This document shows, piece by piece, positions 14,070-25,815 of a stretch of 64,000 bases of DNA (the first letter of the stretch is position 1; every line of letters starts with the position of its first letter). Location: the NCBI GenBank assembly GCA_951406725.2, contig OX597816.1:177692001-177756000 (forward strand), read 5' to 3'. Under the pieces are notes generated by a model that made no database searches, was not told where the DNA came from, and saw nothing but the letters and a program-made list of their open reading frames with translations. A program made the translations under genes and the position numbers. This stretch comes from Octopus vulgaris. Lineage: Eukaryota.

Positions 14070-15095
14070 CTAAGCTTTGTAGTATTTGAAAGTATTAATA
14101 AGTTTGTGTATACAGGATGGTTTGAACTCTGACCTTTTGTTAATAAGATTGTGTTTGTCTTTGAATTTCAAGATGTTCAGGAGTTCTACACAACATAGTT
14201 GGCATCCTGCTCTATTATTTAAATAAGGTGCAGCTGATCCGATGATGGACCACCTGAGTTTGAAGCCTATGCATTTGTCTTTTAATTCCCAAATTTTTTT
14301 AGAAAGGGAGGTGCTGTTAGCCTTATGTCTGTGTTTCAGCGAGGACCGGTGGTTGTAGTATCTGGATTTCCAGGAGGTTGAGCAACCTATATAGGTGAGT
14401 GTGTTAAACTGAGTACTCACCTCACATGAATATATTACGTTTTTCGCCCTACATGCGCCCTGTAGCGGACACTCGGATGCACATATGCAGTTGCAGTGCA
14501 TTGCATTATTCTGTCGTGTGCTGCTAATCCCAGGCGGAGGTGTTGCAATACGAGTGGGGGCGTTGATATCCTCCTGGTTGTTGATGGGTGTAGTATTGCC
14601 TCTGTTGTGTTGGCGGGTGTTATTACTAACTGTTTGGGTAATATGGCTGCCAGTCTGATTATATTGTCTACTATCTGGATGAGGGGGGTTCGGTTGGTCG
14701 CTATAGCTTGCTCTTGATCTAGCTGTTCTAATATTAATATAGTTATGTTTAGCTATGAGGCAGCTCATGTTGGGCAGGGTAGAGTAGGAAATCCTAATGG
14801 TTTTGTTGGAGAAGATACTTCTATACTTATGGGTGGGTGGGAAGTTGTTGGAAATGATAGAGAATATTCTCTTACATAACTTACCCCTAATTGCTAAGTT
14901 GTATGGTATGTTGAACCATATATATTTGCGTAATCTACTATTATCCCTTCTATTTCTCCTAATAGGATCTATATTGCTCTCGTCGGGAGGGTTACTATTG
15001 TGTGCTATTCTATTAGTTCGCCTATTTCCTATACGTTGTTTGGAGTTTAAATTAGAATTATCGCTAGTATGAGTTGAGTGCGGAGTTCGATTATA
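14070..15095 (-). CDS. Penelope-like element ORF C-terminus (RT thumb, Cys linker, GIY-YIG endonuclease)
   Basis: IWFNIPY..FPPTHKYRSIF..ISYSTLPNM..CNC..CPLQGAC..NVIYSC..TYIGCS..KSRYYNH..TSLSKKIWELK..CQLC..INKRSE..CIH; open for about 340 codons; the first ~40 aa of the listed ORF come from flanking DNA. Confidence 0.92.
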   Translation of the reverse strand, partial: YNRTPHSTHTSDNSNLNSKQRIGNRRTNRIAHNSNPPDESNIDPIRRNRRDNSRLRKYIWFNIPYNLAIRGKLCKRIFSIISNNFPPTHKYRSIFSNKTIRISYSTLPNMSCLIAKHNYINIRTARSRASYSDQPNPPHPDSRQYNQTGSHITQTVSNNTRQHNRGNTTPINNQEDINAPTRIATPPPGISSTRQNNAMHCNCICASECPLQGACRAKNVIYSCEVSTQFNTLTYIGCSTSWKSRYYNHRSSLKHRHKANSTSLSKKIWELKDKCIGFKLRWSIIGSAAPYLNNRAGCQLCCVELLNILKFKDKHNLINKRSEFKPSCIHKLINTFKYYKA

Positions 15096-15103
15096 TATAT
15101 CAT

Positions 15104-15143
<40 letters not shown>

Positions 15144-15149
15144 ATGACG

Positions 15150-16040
15150 AGTAAACTCCAGTCTCATTGACAAGTGTCCTTCACGCTTCCCTGTACTCCA
15201 TAAACGTTGCAACACAGTTTTTTAAGGTTTGTCTTCCCGCAGCTATTTCACATATGTTCGACAAGGTCTGCTTCTCTTTCTTTTATCATAGTAATAGTTG
15301 AAGTAGCACTTCGTTTTTTCCTCACCAACTGTGTCCCACAAACTTAAATCTGCGTTGTTTGATGTTGCTCTCAAGAAACATTCTTCGCCTTCCTTAACAC
15401 CTTGATATATATATTCCATTTCGTCTGCTTTCTATCACTTTCGTAAATGTCCAGCATCGAGATGCATATATTAATATACTTTCTACAGTAGTTCTCCGAA
15501 ACTGTGTTTCGAGGTCATTTGATAGATTTGACTCACATATTGTGCATATCTTACTCATTGATATCCTTACCATTTCAATTCTTACTTCATTGTCTCCCTT
15601 TGAGACGATATCAAAACTATTTGGAGTCAACAGATTTCCGGTTTGCACCACTTTGATGATATGTGCTTTACTTTTTAGCTGATTGATAATCATAAACTCA
15701 ATCTTATCGTCATTGACATGTCGTATCTGTTTTGCAATGTTTTCAACTGGTTGAAATAGTAGTGGAGCTTCCTTGATAGTATTAGAAGTAAGAGCTATAC
15801 TATCTATATAATTTGCACCAGCTATAGTCATTGCAGAATGTCATCTGCTTTTTGGGGTGGGAAACCATTGGGAAGCCAATTTATTCATTTGATATTGTAA
15901 AGGCCACAAGGAACAGGGAAGGTACAAGAGTCATCTTGTAATCCCACCAGGATCTCAAAGAATTTTATATAAATATCAAGTGATAAAACTTAAGTTACAG
16001 TATCTTTGTAGAGAGTCTTTAAGGTGCCAGGTATACTATA
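15150..16040 (-). mobile_element. Degenerate RTE-clade LINE reverse transcriptase
   Basis: TIAGANYIDSIAL (YADD relic)..HVNDDKIEFM..VESILIYASRCWTFTK; downstream RRFKFVGHSW* matches the RTE GHxxR motif. Confidence 0.75.
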
Positions 16041-16205
16041 TGCTTCAAATATATTAGTTGAACGCTTTGCTAAACTGTACAAAGCTTCTGATCGTTGATC
16101 TATGATAATTTGATCGATTTCCAAATGGCTGTGTATTCCGAAAAACCTACAAGCATTTTATTGTAGATTTAAGAATAATAGACAAACTAATGTCTGCATG
16201 CATAT

Positions 16206-16422
<217 letters not shown>

Positions 16423-16519
16423 TAAATAGAGAAATATTGAAGTATATTAGAATAGTTTTATATACTTACTCTGCATATTTGCGTTCACCACCGACTAAAA
16501 AGGAAGGAAACACTAAGCC

Positions 16520-16760
16520 GTTGCTCGACTTGCTAAAAATATCAGCCAAATTAACCTGAAATAATATCCTATCGATTTCTTTTTCTTTCTCTTCTTTTTA
16601 TTTTATATTTTTCATGGATTAAAGGAAAAAGATATTGGAGAGTATAGTTATAGATACACTATAGCTGGTGAAAAAAAAATAAAGCCTGTGCCAACGCTAC
16701 AACGTGTTTGGTTGTAGGCTCTCTCCGTCAGAGCTGACATAGAGCTAATCTGCGGCAATA
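16520..16760 (+). repeat. Old dispersed repeat family D (CTTGCTAGAAATAGCAGCCAAAT..GGATGGTCA..GCTGAC..GCTAA); related degenerate copies near 38400-38570, 39030-39200, 48130-48400, 53290-53450, 54360-54985
   Basis: Recurring degenerate motifs seen by eye. Confidence 0.55.
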
Positions 16761-16938
16761 ACATTTTTATGCATTTTTATATATTTAGGACATTTTTAGT
16801 TTATATTCGCTTAGTTTAAAAGTTTAAACATGTACTACTCGTATGATACATTTCGGCATCAATTACTACAATTTAAATTTAATCCAATTTAATTATTTAA
16901 ACTTGACATGTTTTATGAATATTTCTTAGTCAGTAAAT

Positions 16939-17340
16939 TCTCCTTCTTCTTCTTCTTAAGCACTCCGTCGGTTACGACGACGAGGGTTCCGGTTGATCCG
17001 AATCAACGGAACAGCCTGCTCGTGAAATTAACGTGTAAGTGGCTGAGCACTCCACAGACACGTGTACCCTTAACGTAGTTCTCGGGGATATTCAGCGTGA
17101 CACAGAGAGTGACAAGGCCGGCCCCTTGAAATACAGGTACAACAGAAACAGGAAGTAAGAGTGAGAGAAAGTTGTGGTGAAAGAGTACAGCAGGGATCAC
17201 CACCATCCCCTGCCGGAGCCTCGTGGAGCTTTTAGGTGTTTTCGCTCAATAAACACTCACAACGCCCGGTCTGGGAATCGAAACCGCGATCCTATGACCG
17301 CGAGTCCGCTGCCCTAACCACTGGGCCATTGCGCCTCCAC
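16939..17340 (-). mobile_element. SINE family C (head GTGGAGGCGCAATGGCCCAGTGGTTAGGGC), with (GAA)n tail and 11-bp TSD
   Basis: A box TGGCCCAGTGG, B box GGTTTCGATTCC; TSD AGTCAGTAAAT at 16928-16938 and 17341-17351; near-identical to 31420 and 61038 copies. Confidence 0.93.
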
Positions 17341-17366
17341 AGTCAGTAAATAAATTCTATTTATTG

Positions 17367-18720
17367 GGGGAGACTGGGTCTACTTGTTACATTTTTTCAT
17401 TTTTCTGCCTTGACTCCCGCATTAACGAACACAACTGAAGTTTCTTCTCAGATTTAATTAGTAAAACATCTCTATTTATTGTTATCACCAGCAAAAAAAC
17501 CTCACTGAAATTACATAACATTAATTAGATAGGTTCTAATTAATGAGGTGGTGTCAACTGTAACAATTTTTCCCGAGTGCGGGGTACATTGTGGCACTTA
17601 CTGGGGTACTTTGTTACAACTGTCGATAACTCGGAGTTATGTTAACAAAAAGTTCAAAATGAATACGTCTCCTGCTTCTTGCATCTAGGAAGTATTATTT
17701 TAATTAATTAACTGTGCTTTGAACCACCTCATATCCTAACTGTGATACTGAGAATCCTCATCAGCCAATTTCCCTATTGTTACATGTACCATCTAGTCGA
17801 AATCGTCCTCCATTAACTCCTCACCACACAGATCACACAGAAAGTCCTGTCGTCCATCGGTACAGTCAGTGTGTGTCCAGTCTTTACAGATCGTGCATTG
17901 CACCCATTCTTCACCAGGAATGGAGATCAGATACCAATCTGAGCGGACAAGCATTTCCAATCGACAACTTGCTTGCTGTGAGGCTGCTTCCCTTTGCTTT
18001 TACCTGTTTTAGTTGACTTTCCCTTCCCTTTTCTTGCCTTTTCTGTACCAGTTGCCTTCTTTGGTTTGGGTTTCCGTTCGTTTATTTCATCCACTGTGCG
18101 CTGTTTTACAGTGGTTAGGGTTATAATGGCTATTTGGCACCTCTTGCGACTTCCACGACCTCGACCTGTCTTCCTGGGTGAAGCCTTCCTTAATGAACAC
18201 AACATATCTGGGTTTGTAACAACACCAGCAGGAAAACCTGGGCCTGGTGTAGGATGGTCTGTCGGACCGTCTTGCCGTTCATTGACCTGGTCGCCTGGTT
18301 GAACGTCTGACTGGTTGTCTGGCTCCAAGTTAGGCTGGTTATCTGGCTGCATGCCAGCTACATATCAGGACGGTTGTCTGGCTGCACCTCGGACTGGTTT
18401 TCAGCTTGTTTTCGAGCAGGACGGTCCGTGACGCAACAGCTGACGTTCTGTTAACATCTTGAAAGGTTAGTGCAAGGGATACCGGTAACTTCATATCTAA
18501 TGAGCCTATCTCGAAATCTTTCGCAACATCCCGTAATGATTTCTTTACATCCGCAACTTTTCTGGCAGCTCTTTCCATGACATCAGGAGGGATATCCCCT
18601 CTTGTAGTCTTCCTTTTGTAATTTCTAGGCATGGCGTGTTAAACTGAAATAGAAGGAGTAAGTTGTTACATGCCTGGGGTAAGTTGATACACTGTAACAA
18701 TTAGCCCCGACCATGGAATT
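17367..18720 (-). mobile_element. Internally deleted pogo/Tigger-like DNA transposon (psq HTH + C-terminal PHD finger, no DDE core); right boundary uncertain
   Basis: MPRNYKRKTTRG..MERAARKV..SLRDVAKDFEI (psq HTH, start 18632); EEWVQCTICKDWTHTDCTDGRQDFLCDLC (PHD, ~17825-17915); repeated GGGGTA..TTGTTACA subterminal motifs at 17367-17620 and 18655-18710. Confidence 0.75.
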
Positions 18721-19346
18721 CTGGGGTTACCTCCTAGACAGCACTAGCAATGCATGGCATCCAGGACACACCTTCATGTATCGAAGGCAACTTCCAACAC
18801 TTCCTAATGAGCCACAAACTACTTCAGTAGCATCACTTGTGCTTTAGTAGTTAAGGAAATAACTTTGTGGCAAAATTTCACCTTTGGAGTAAAAAATCGT
18901 CTTTTGAGCCATACCTTTGCTGGTGACAGCCCGCCAGTGCAATACACATATTGCAGTCAGGTTGCTGTGGAGTTGGCCTTCACGAGGTAGAGACCCATGT
19001 GCCACCTATTTAATCTCTATCCTTGCGAGTTTTGAAAATATACTGTGACTTACAAAAAAGTAATTCGTCAAATTTTATTACAACTTGGGATAATTTTAGG
19101 TGGAGGATCTGAAATCATCGGGAAGACTAAAGCTATTAAGAAGAATTCTTGGCAATATAACTAATACTGAAATGATCCATAAGAGTGATTGTATTCTCTG
19201 ACAGTACGGAACTCACAAAGTATAATAATGCATATACAGGAACGATTTTACGGTTCCTATGCATTTTCGGTTTACTGATTTTTCTGAACCAGGAGTGGAC
19301 ACCTGGATCAACACACTTTAAATTATGCAAATGTTATCATTTTAGC

Positions 19347-19597
19347 TTTTACTTGTTTCAGTCATTAGACTGCGGCCATGCTGGGGCACCACCTTCAGGA
19401 ATCTTTGTCGAACTAATCGACCCCAGAACTTATTCTCTTATTAAGCTTGGTAATTATTCGTTGATCACTTTTGACGAAACACTAAGTTACGGGAACGTAA
19501 ACACACCAACACCAGCGGTGGTGGGGAACAAACACACACTCACGTACGTAAATACACCCCTCCCTCCCTCCATCCATCCATCCATCCATCCATACAT

Positions 19598-19628
<31 letters not shown>

Positions 19629-19649
19629 TACATACATACATACATACAT

Positions 19650-19680
<31 letters not shown>

Positions 19681-20090
19681 TACATACATACATACATACA
19701 TACATACATACATACATACATACATACACACACACATACATACATACATACATACATACGTACGTACATACATACATACGTACACACACACACACACATA
19801 CATACATACATACATACATACATACATACATACATACATACATACATACGTACATACATACATACATACATACGTACATACATACATACATACATACATA
19901 CATGCATACACACACACACACACGTGCACGCGCGCGTATGCAGATATACATACACGACGGGATTCGTTCAATTTCCTTCAATCAAATCCACTCAGAAGGC
20001 TTTACTCGACCTGAAGCTATAGTAGAAGTTACTGAACCCCGAGCTATATGGCTAGGAAGCAAACTTCTAACCACACAGCTACGCTTGCGC
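19347..20090 (-). mobile_element. SINE family A, older copy with expanded internal (CATA)n
   Basis: Head and tail match family A; ~370 bp (CATA/CA)n in the middle. Confidence 0.85.
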
Positions 20091-20107
20091 TTCCAAAAAA
20101 GGTGAGA

Positions 20108-20228
20108 TACCTACAGCAACTAGGTTTCCCTAGCGGTCACATATCTAAGTACCAGCATGGTTCGACATTGCTTAGTTTCAGTGTGTACAGAGAAGAACTA
20201 GTGCATTCAACGTGATATGGCCATAAGC
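20108..20228 (-). pseudogene. 5S rRNA pseudogene
   Basis: Minus strand GCTTATGGCCATATCACGTTGAATGCAC..CTAAGCAATGTCGA..GTACTTAGATATGTGACCGCTAGGGAAACC..GCTGTAGG follows the metazoan 5S sequence over ~120 nt with many substitutions; T-run downstream. Confidence 0.85.
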
Positions 20229-20272
20229 CATAATAAAATATTTAAATAATTTAATGAAACACAGCTATCTGT

Positions 20273-20682
20273 ATACTCTTTTACTCTTTTACATGTTTCA
20301 GTCATTTGACTACGGCCATGCTGGGGCACCGCCATTAGTCGATCAAATCGACCCCGGGACTTATTCTTTGTAAGCCCAGTACTTATTCTATCGGTCTATT
20401 TTGCCGAACCGCTAAGTTACGGGGACGTAAACACACCAGCATCGGTGGTCAAGCAATGCTAGGGGGACAAACACAGACACACAAACACACACATACATAT
20501 GTATATATATATATATATATATATACGACAGGCTTCTTTCAGTTTCCGTCTACCAAATCCACTCACAAGGCACTGGTCGGCCCGGGGCTATAGCAGAAGA
20601 CACTTGCCCAAGTTGCCACGCAGTGGGACTGAACCCAGAACCATGTGGTTGATTAGCAAGCTACTTACCACACAGCCACTAT
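20273..20682 (-). mobile_element. SINE family A
   Basis: Matches the other family A copies. Confidence 0.92.
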
Positions 20683-21214
20683 TCGTATAAATGATACGAA
20701 TTTATTAATACTGTACAAGAGGCTAGTCTATGCAAAGTACCAGAAAACTAGTCTGACAGCCGCGAGGATCTGCAGATCCTGCTCGCAAATTAATGAGGAT
20801 TATAAGAGATACCGGAGCATTAGTGTCCGGGAATCGGTGTTATACGTATATTGGTTTCAACACACGGGTTCCTATAAACTTTCTTTCAAAGCTATCCAAA
20901 TACGATAAATCCGTTTATTAAAACTTTATTTACGTACACTTTTCGACAATCAGCGCACATTTCAAATAATTTGTTATTTATCAGATGACATCTTGACTAT
21001 AGGGAAAAAATAGAGATTAATGATCCGAGGAATTCTAAGAGAACGTGAAAAGTGAAGAATCTGACGTAAGTTTAGTTGGACGTATCGAACTCTTGTTGGA
21101 AATCTCTTATTTTGAGAATATTTTGACTAAATACACACAGAGAGATAAAGACACATACACTCGCACACACACACACACACACATCCACACACACACACAT
21201 CCACACACACACAT

Positions 21215-21277
<63 letters not shown>

Positions 21278-21336
21278 CAGTAGTACCTCGGTTTTTGAAC
21301 GACTGATCGCGAATGAATCGTGCTTTATAGATTAGA

Positions 21337-21962
21337 CTAGCTGAAGGTGACCCGCTCTACGCGCGGGTAAGGGTGTGGTTGTTACTTTCTATTGCTTCCT
21401 TTCTGTTTTTTATCACCATATTCTCCTTCTTTGTTTCTCTCTCCTTTCTCTCTCACTTTCCCACTCTCTTACTCTTCCTTTCTCACGGACTCTCCCTCGC
21501 TTTCTCTTACTCTATCTTTCTCTATCTATCTCTCCCCCATTTATAAACAACAAAAGATCTTGAGTAAGTTGAGAAAGAATATATTTTGAAAGATCAATCA
21601 TAAATATCAGGCAGTGACAACGGAAAGGTCTGCTTCAAGGCAGACAGCAAAACACTAACATTTAAAAGGGACAGACGAACTTGCGAGCTGAATAAAAATT
21701 TTTAAATATTGGAAACCAAAGTTTGAAGTGATAGAATCTGAGGATAGTAGAGTCACCATGGCTGGCATTTCTTAACGACGGACAGCAATGTAGAGGCAGT
21801 TTAACGGTTGGCGTAAAATTTTGAACTTGATGTAAAAGAAAATTCCTAAACACCCACTCCTGTAAATTTTAATCCCCTTCCAGCCCCATTTAGACCCCTG
21901 TTCACATTTTGGTTAATATAACCCGATTTCTTTCGGGTCTACTCGGGTCACATTTTATAAGA
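21337..21962 (-). mobile_element. Non-autonomous Helitron (second family)
   Basis: Minus strand A|TCTTATAAAATG... ACCCGC-GCGTAGA-GCGGGT hairpin ... CTAG|T. Confidence 0.8.
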
Positions 21963-22081
21963 TGAGGAATTTTGTCCTAGAGGTCACGCCTTTCATTTGA
22001 AGAAAAAAATAGTTTCCATGCGAACTCGCCAGCACTTTTAGCATAGGTGCGCATATTTTCAGCTCAACCGACCACATAATG

Positions 22082-22112
<31 letters not shown>

Positions 22113-22134
22113 ACACACACACACACATACACAC

Positions 22135-22168
<34 letters not shown>

Positions 22169-22259
22169 CGCATTAAATATATGTATGTACATATATACGC
22201 ATTATATATATATGTGTGTGTGTTTGTGTGTACGCATTATATATACAAATGTATACAAA

Positions 22260-22290
<31 letters not shown>

Positions 22291-22292
<2 letters not shown>

Positions 22293-22463
22293 GGCGCAGG
22301 AGTGGCTGTGTGGTAGGTAGCTTGTTTACCAACCACATGGTTCCGGGTTCAGTCCCACTGCGTGGCACCTTGGGCAAGTGTCTTCTACTATAGCCTCGGG
22401 CCGACCAAAGCCTTGTGAGTGGATTTGGTAGACGGAAACTGAAAGAAGTCCGTCGTATATATG

Positions 22464-22532
<69 letters not shown>

Positions 22533-22738
22533 AGGAAAAATTTTTTTAAAAATGCAGAATGCTCAAATGAAAGAAAATTTTAATAAAATGAGAAATTGAT
22601 AAAATATATAAATATATATTTATTCAACCGGTTTTCGTCATTGTATGACTTGTCAAGAATATTTATGTTTTAAGAAGTTTTTTTTTCCTTACTTATCATT
22701 TCTCCACGTGCGGTCAACACAACCCCACCATTTATTGA

Positions 22739-22806
<68 letters not shown>

Positions 22807-23024
22807 TGTATGTGTTTGTGTCTGTGTTTGTCCTCCTAGCATTGCTTGACACCGATGCTGGTGGGTTTATGTCCCCGTTACTTAGCGGTTCGGCAAAACA
22901 GACCGATAGAATAAGTACTGGGCTTACAAAAGAATAAGTCCCGGGGTCGAGCTGCTCGATTAAAGGCGGTGCTCCAGCATGGCCGCAGTCAAATGACTGA
23001 AACAAGTAAAAGAATAAAAGAATA
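22291..23024 (+). mobile_element. SINE family A, interrupted in its internal (TA)n by a ~210 bp insert
   Basis: Head at 22291, tail ..GACTGAAACAAGTAAAAGAATAAAAG at ~23020; foreign sequence at 22530-22740. Confidence 0.9.
22621..22661 (-). ncRNA. Minimal hammerhead-like motif with U3-A8 core
   Basis: Minus strand UAUUC UUGACAA GUCA-uacaa-UGAC GAAA ACCGGU U GAAUA; stem I UAUUC/GAAUA, stem II GUCA/UGAC, palindromic stem III. Confidence 0.6.
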
Positions 23025-23558
23025 ATATATATATATATATATACATATATATAAATACAGATATATACACTTTGTATATATACATTATATATACATATTT
23101 ATATATAGAACACACACACAGACATATATATATATTAACCCAATAAATATCTGATTCATAATATTTGTTCTCATGATTTTGTGGCGGTGGTGGCGATGAT
23201 AATTCTCTCTATGAATGCAGACAGACGTAGAGAGAGAGAGAGTGACAGCGCTTCGAAGTCGGCGGAGGAAAGATAGTAGATGCTGTCCAACGTCCTTATA
23301 GAGAGAAAGTGTTGGGAAGGGAGGAAACAGAGAGAGATGGAGGAAGACAGGCAGATAAGAGAATGGGAGCAGACTTGTCAAAGTGTGCGTTTTTTGCCCT
23401 AGTAACCACGCCTTTTAAGATAGGGATTTCTAAGCTAGCCCACTTACATCCTCACCTCATTTTACATGTCCCTGTAAATTTTGGTGTCAATCCGGCGAGA
23501 TCTAGTGCTCTTTAACCCGTTCCAATGCCAAAACCAGACAAACAACCTTTTTGCATTT

Positions 23559-23635
<77 letters not shown>

Positions 23636-23636
<1 letters not shown>

Positions 23637-24323
23637 TAAATGAAAAGAATGGAGTCGAACGAAGATTTTTCGTTCGACTCCAAACAAACAGCCAGAACAA
23701 AGGCCTTTTCGTTTGTTTTTCTCGTTTGTTTTCTTGTTTATTTTGTTTTCTCATATTGTATTTTATTTCTCGTTTTGTATTTTCTTGTACATGTATTTTT
23801 ATCTTGTATTTTATTGTGCAGTTTTATTGTTACGTCCTGTTTGTGTTACATTTTTTTCGTGCTTGTTTTACCCCTCTGCGAGGTTACTTTATTTTAATTC
23901 TCTCGCAGGAAGGCCTAGTATTGACGAGTCGTGTCCTGTCTTGCCTTCGAAATACGCTTAAGTCTACTAGCGACAGCTGATGATTGGGGATTTTCCTTGT
24001 GTAGCTTGTCCTGTACCTTGTTTTTCTGTTTTAAATAATGTTTTTCCCGTTTTCGTTCTCGTCCTGTTCCACGTCTCTGTCTTTCTGTTGTAAAAAAAAT
24101 GGCTTTTCCGTTTTCGTTTCTGTTGAGTTCTACGTCTTTTTGTAGTGTCCTGTACTTACGTATATATATTTATATATGCATGTATATATACATGTAGATG
24201 TAGGTACGTACATATATGTTTGTATGTATGCATATATTTTATTTATTACACTATTGTCTGACAGCGCTTCGCGTCGGGTTCGTTCGATTCTTCGCTTCGT
24301 TCCGTTTCTTATCCTCCCAGTAT

Positions 24324-24330
<7 letters not shown>
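23636..24330. mobile_element. T-rich insert between (TA)n runs, probably Penelope pLTR-derived, starting with a 14-bp hairpin
   Basis: TGGAGTCGAACGAA-gattt-TTCGTTCGACTCCA at ~23650-23682; shares GAAATACG..CGACA.CTGATGA with the insert at 51955-51990. Confidence 0.5.
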
Positions 24331-24394
<64 letters not shown>

Positions 24395-24725
24395 GCGATT
24401 CATTCGCGATCAGAGTTGTTCAAAAGCCGAGGTACTACTGTATATATGAGTATGTGTGTGTGTATGTGTTTATATACATATATAAGTACATATATACGTA
24501 AATGTGTGCGCGTGTGTGTGGAGGGTAGGTGTAAGTATGTGTGTGTGTGATGACCACAAAAGAGATAACAATGACAAACCGAAGTGAACCTGAATCATTA
24601 ACCCTAAAGGAAAAAATAACAGTTGTTGTAAAATCAGTTTCGCCATATTGAAGATGCAGTATTGATCGAAGAGTTAGGATAGAAATTTACCATTCTCACT
24701 CTCTCAGACATATATCATGACTGTC

Positions 24726-24765
<40 letters not shown>

Positions 24766-24771
24766 TTGTTG

Positions 24772-24807
<36 letters not shown>

Positions 24808-24810
24808 GTT

Positions 24811-24851
<41 letters not shown>
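24726..24851. repeat. (AGT)n(TTG)n(ATT)n(AGT)n compound microsatellite
   Basis: Directly visible. Confidence 0.95.
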
Positions 24852-24852
<1 letters not shown>

Positions 24853-24984
24853 ACTCTCTTTTGAATGCACATTTATTCCTTGCAACCTAGCTCAGCTCTT
24901 TGCTATCAAAGCAAGTAAGAAAACTCTACGTTGTCTTTGTGAAATATGGCAGCATAATCTCCATCTTCTTTTTCGCCTGTTCCC

Positions 24985-25127
24985 CCTCCTCCTCCTCCTC
25001 CTCTTCATCCTCCTCCTCTTCATCCTCCTCTTCATCCTCCTCCTCTTCATCATCCTCCTCTTCATCATCCTCCTCTTCATCCTCCTCTTCATCCTCCTCT
25101 TCATCCTCCTCCTCTACTTCCTCCTCA
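24985..25127. repeat. (TCC/TCTTCATCC)n pyrimidine repeat
   Basis: Directly visible. Confidence 0.9.
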
Positions 25128-25271
25128 TTATGCACCCCATTGCCTCTCATAAAAGGACGGACATATTTGTTAACTTAGTTTTATGCCTTATATGTTATAC
25201 CTGGGGCGAAATAACAGCCCAACGATACGTGCACTGTATTTGTGATTGCATTTATGAAACACGTCCTTCAA

Positions 25272-25445
25272 TGGAGTCGTGTGGCTTAGTGGTTAGGGTG
25301 TTGGACTCATTATCAGAAGATTGTCGTTTTGATCCCTGGACCATGTTTCAATTCACACAGCTGGCAAAATTGAGTAATCCTGCGACGGTCGGGAGTCCCG
25401 TCTAGGAGTAAATGTAAACGCCTCGGAAACCAGGAAACTGATATT
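25272..25445 (+). mobile_element. Degenerate tRNA-derived SINE (head related to family C)
   Basis: TGGCTTAGTGGTTAGGGTGTTGGACTC..GTTTTGATCCCTGG A/B-box-like head. Confidence 0.6.
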
Positions 25446-25532
25446 ATGAGTTAATATGACTTGCGATGGATCTTGATCCTTTTTTAAAGAATCTTTGAAA
25501 GAGTTTGTAGTGTTTGCAGAGGCACTTGTGCA

Positions 25533-25564
<32 letters not shown>

Positions 25565-25587
25565 CGCGTGTGTGCGTGTATAACTCA

Positions 25588-25815
25588 TACGTAGGGTACT
25601 GAGAATTTTCTGGCCTTGGGTAAACGAGAATACAGGAGGATCAGTTAACTATGATTTTATTCACCATATTCCCCTCTTAGATTCACAGAGGTCCTTCAGG
25701 TCCTTGCAGTGGCCCTTCAGTTTTCCTAAGCCCGTAAAAGTACGCGGAAGGTTGGGCCTCCAACCAGGCCTTTGATAACACCCTTAAAGCCAGGAACCTT
25801 CAGCACGTCCACGTA
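25588..25815. mobile_element. Mariner-derived MITE with TA ends
   Basis: TACGTAGGGTACTGAGAATTTTCTGGC ... GCCAGGAACCTTCAGCACGTCCACGTA imperfect ~27-bp TIRs bounded by TA. Confidence 0.7.

Larger units (their letters stand above)
11988..15100 (-). mobile_element. 5'-truncated Penelope-like retroelement: RT thumb + GIY-YIG endonuclease, ~2 kb 3'UTR/pLTR with hammerhead
   Basis: GIY-YIG ORF at the high-coordinate end, hammerhead at the low-coordinate end, (TA)n on both flanks. Confidence 0.85.

Noticed and set aside
14070-15095. Selenoprotein-type PLE (in-frame UGA plus SECIS, reported for some Naiads)
   Set aside because: The visible ORF has ordinary Cys codons and no in-frame TGA; no SECIS recognised
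23925-23990. Hammerhead from TTGACGA / GAAA / CTGATGA motifs (also 51955-51995)
   Set aside because: Could not close stems I-III in any permutation
24892-25178. Acidic or Ser-rich protein ORFs
   Set aside because: Translation of a simple repeat; no exon support
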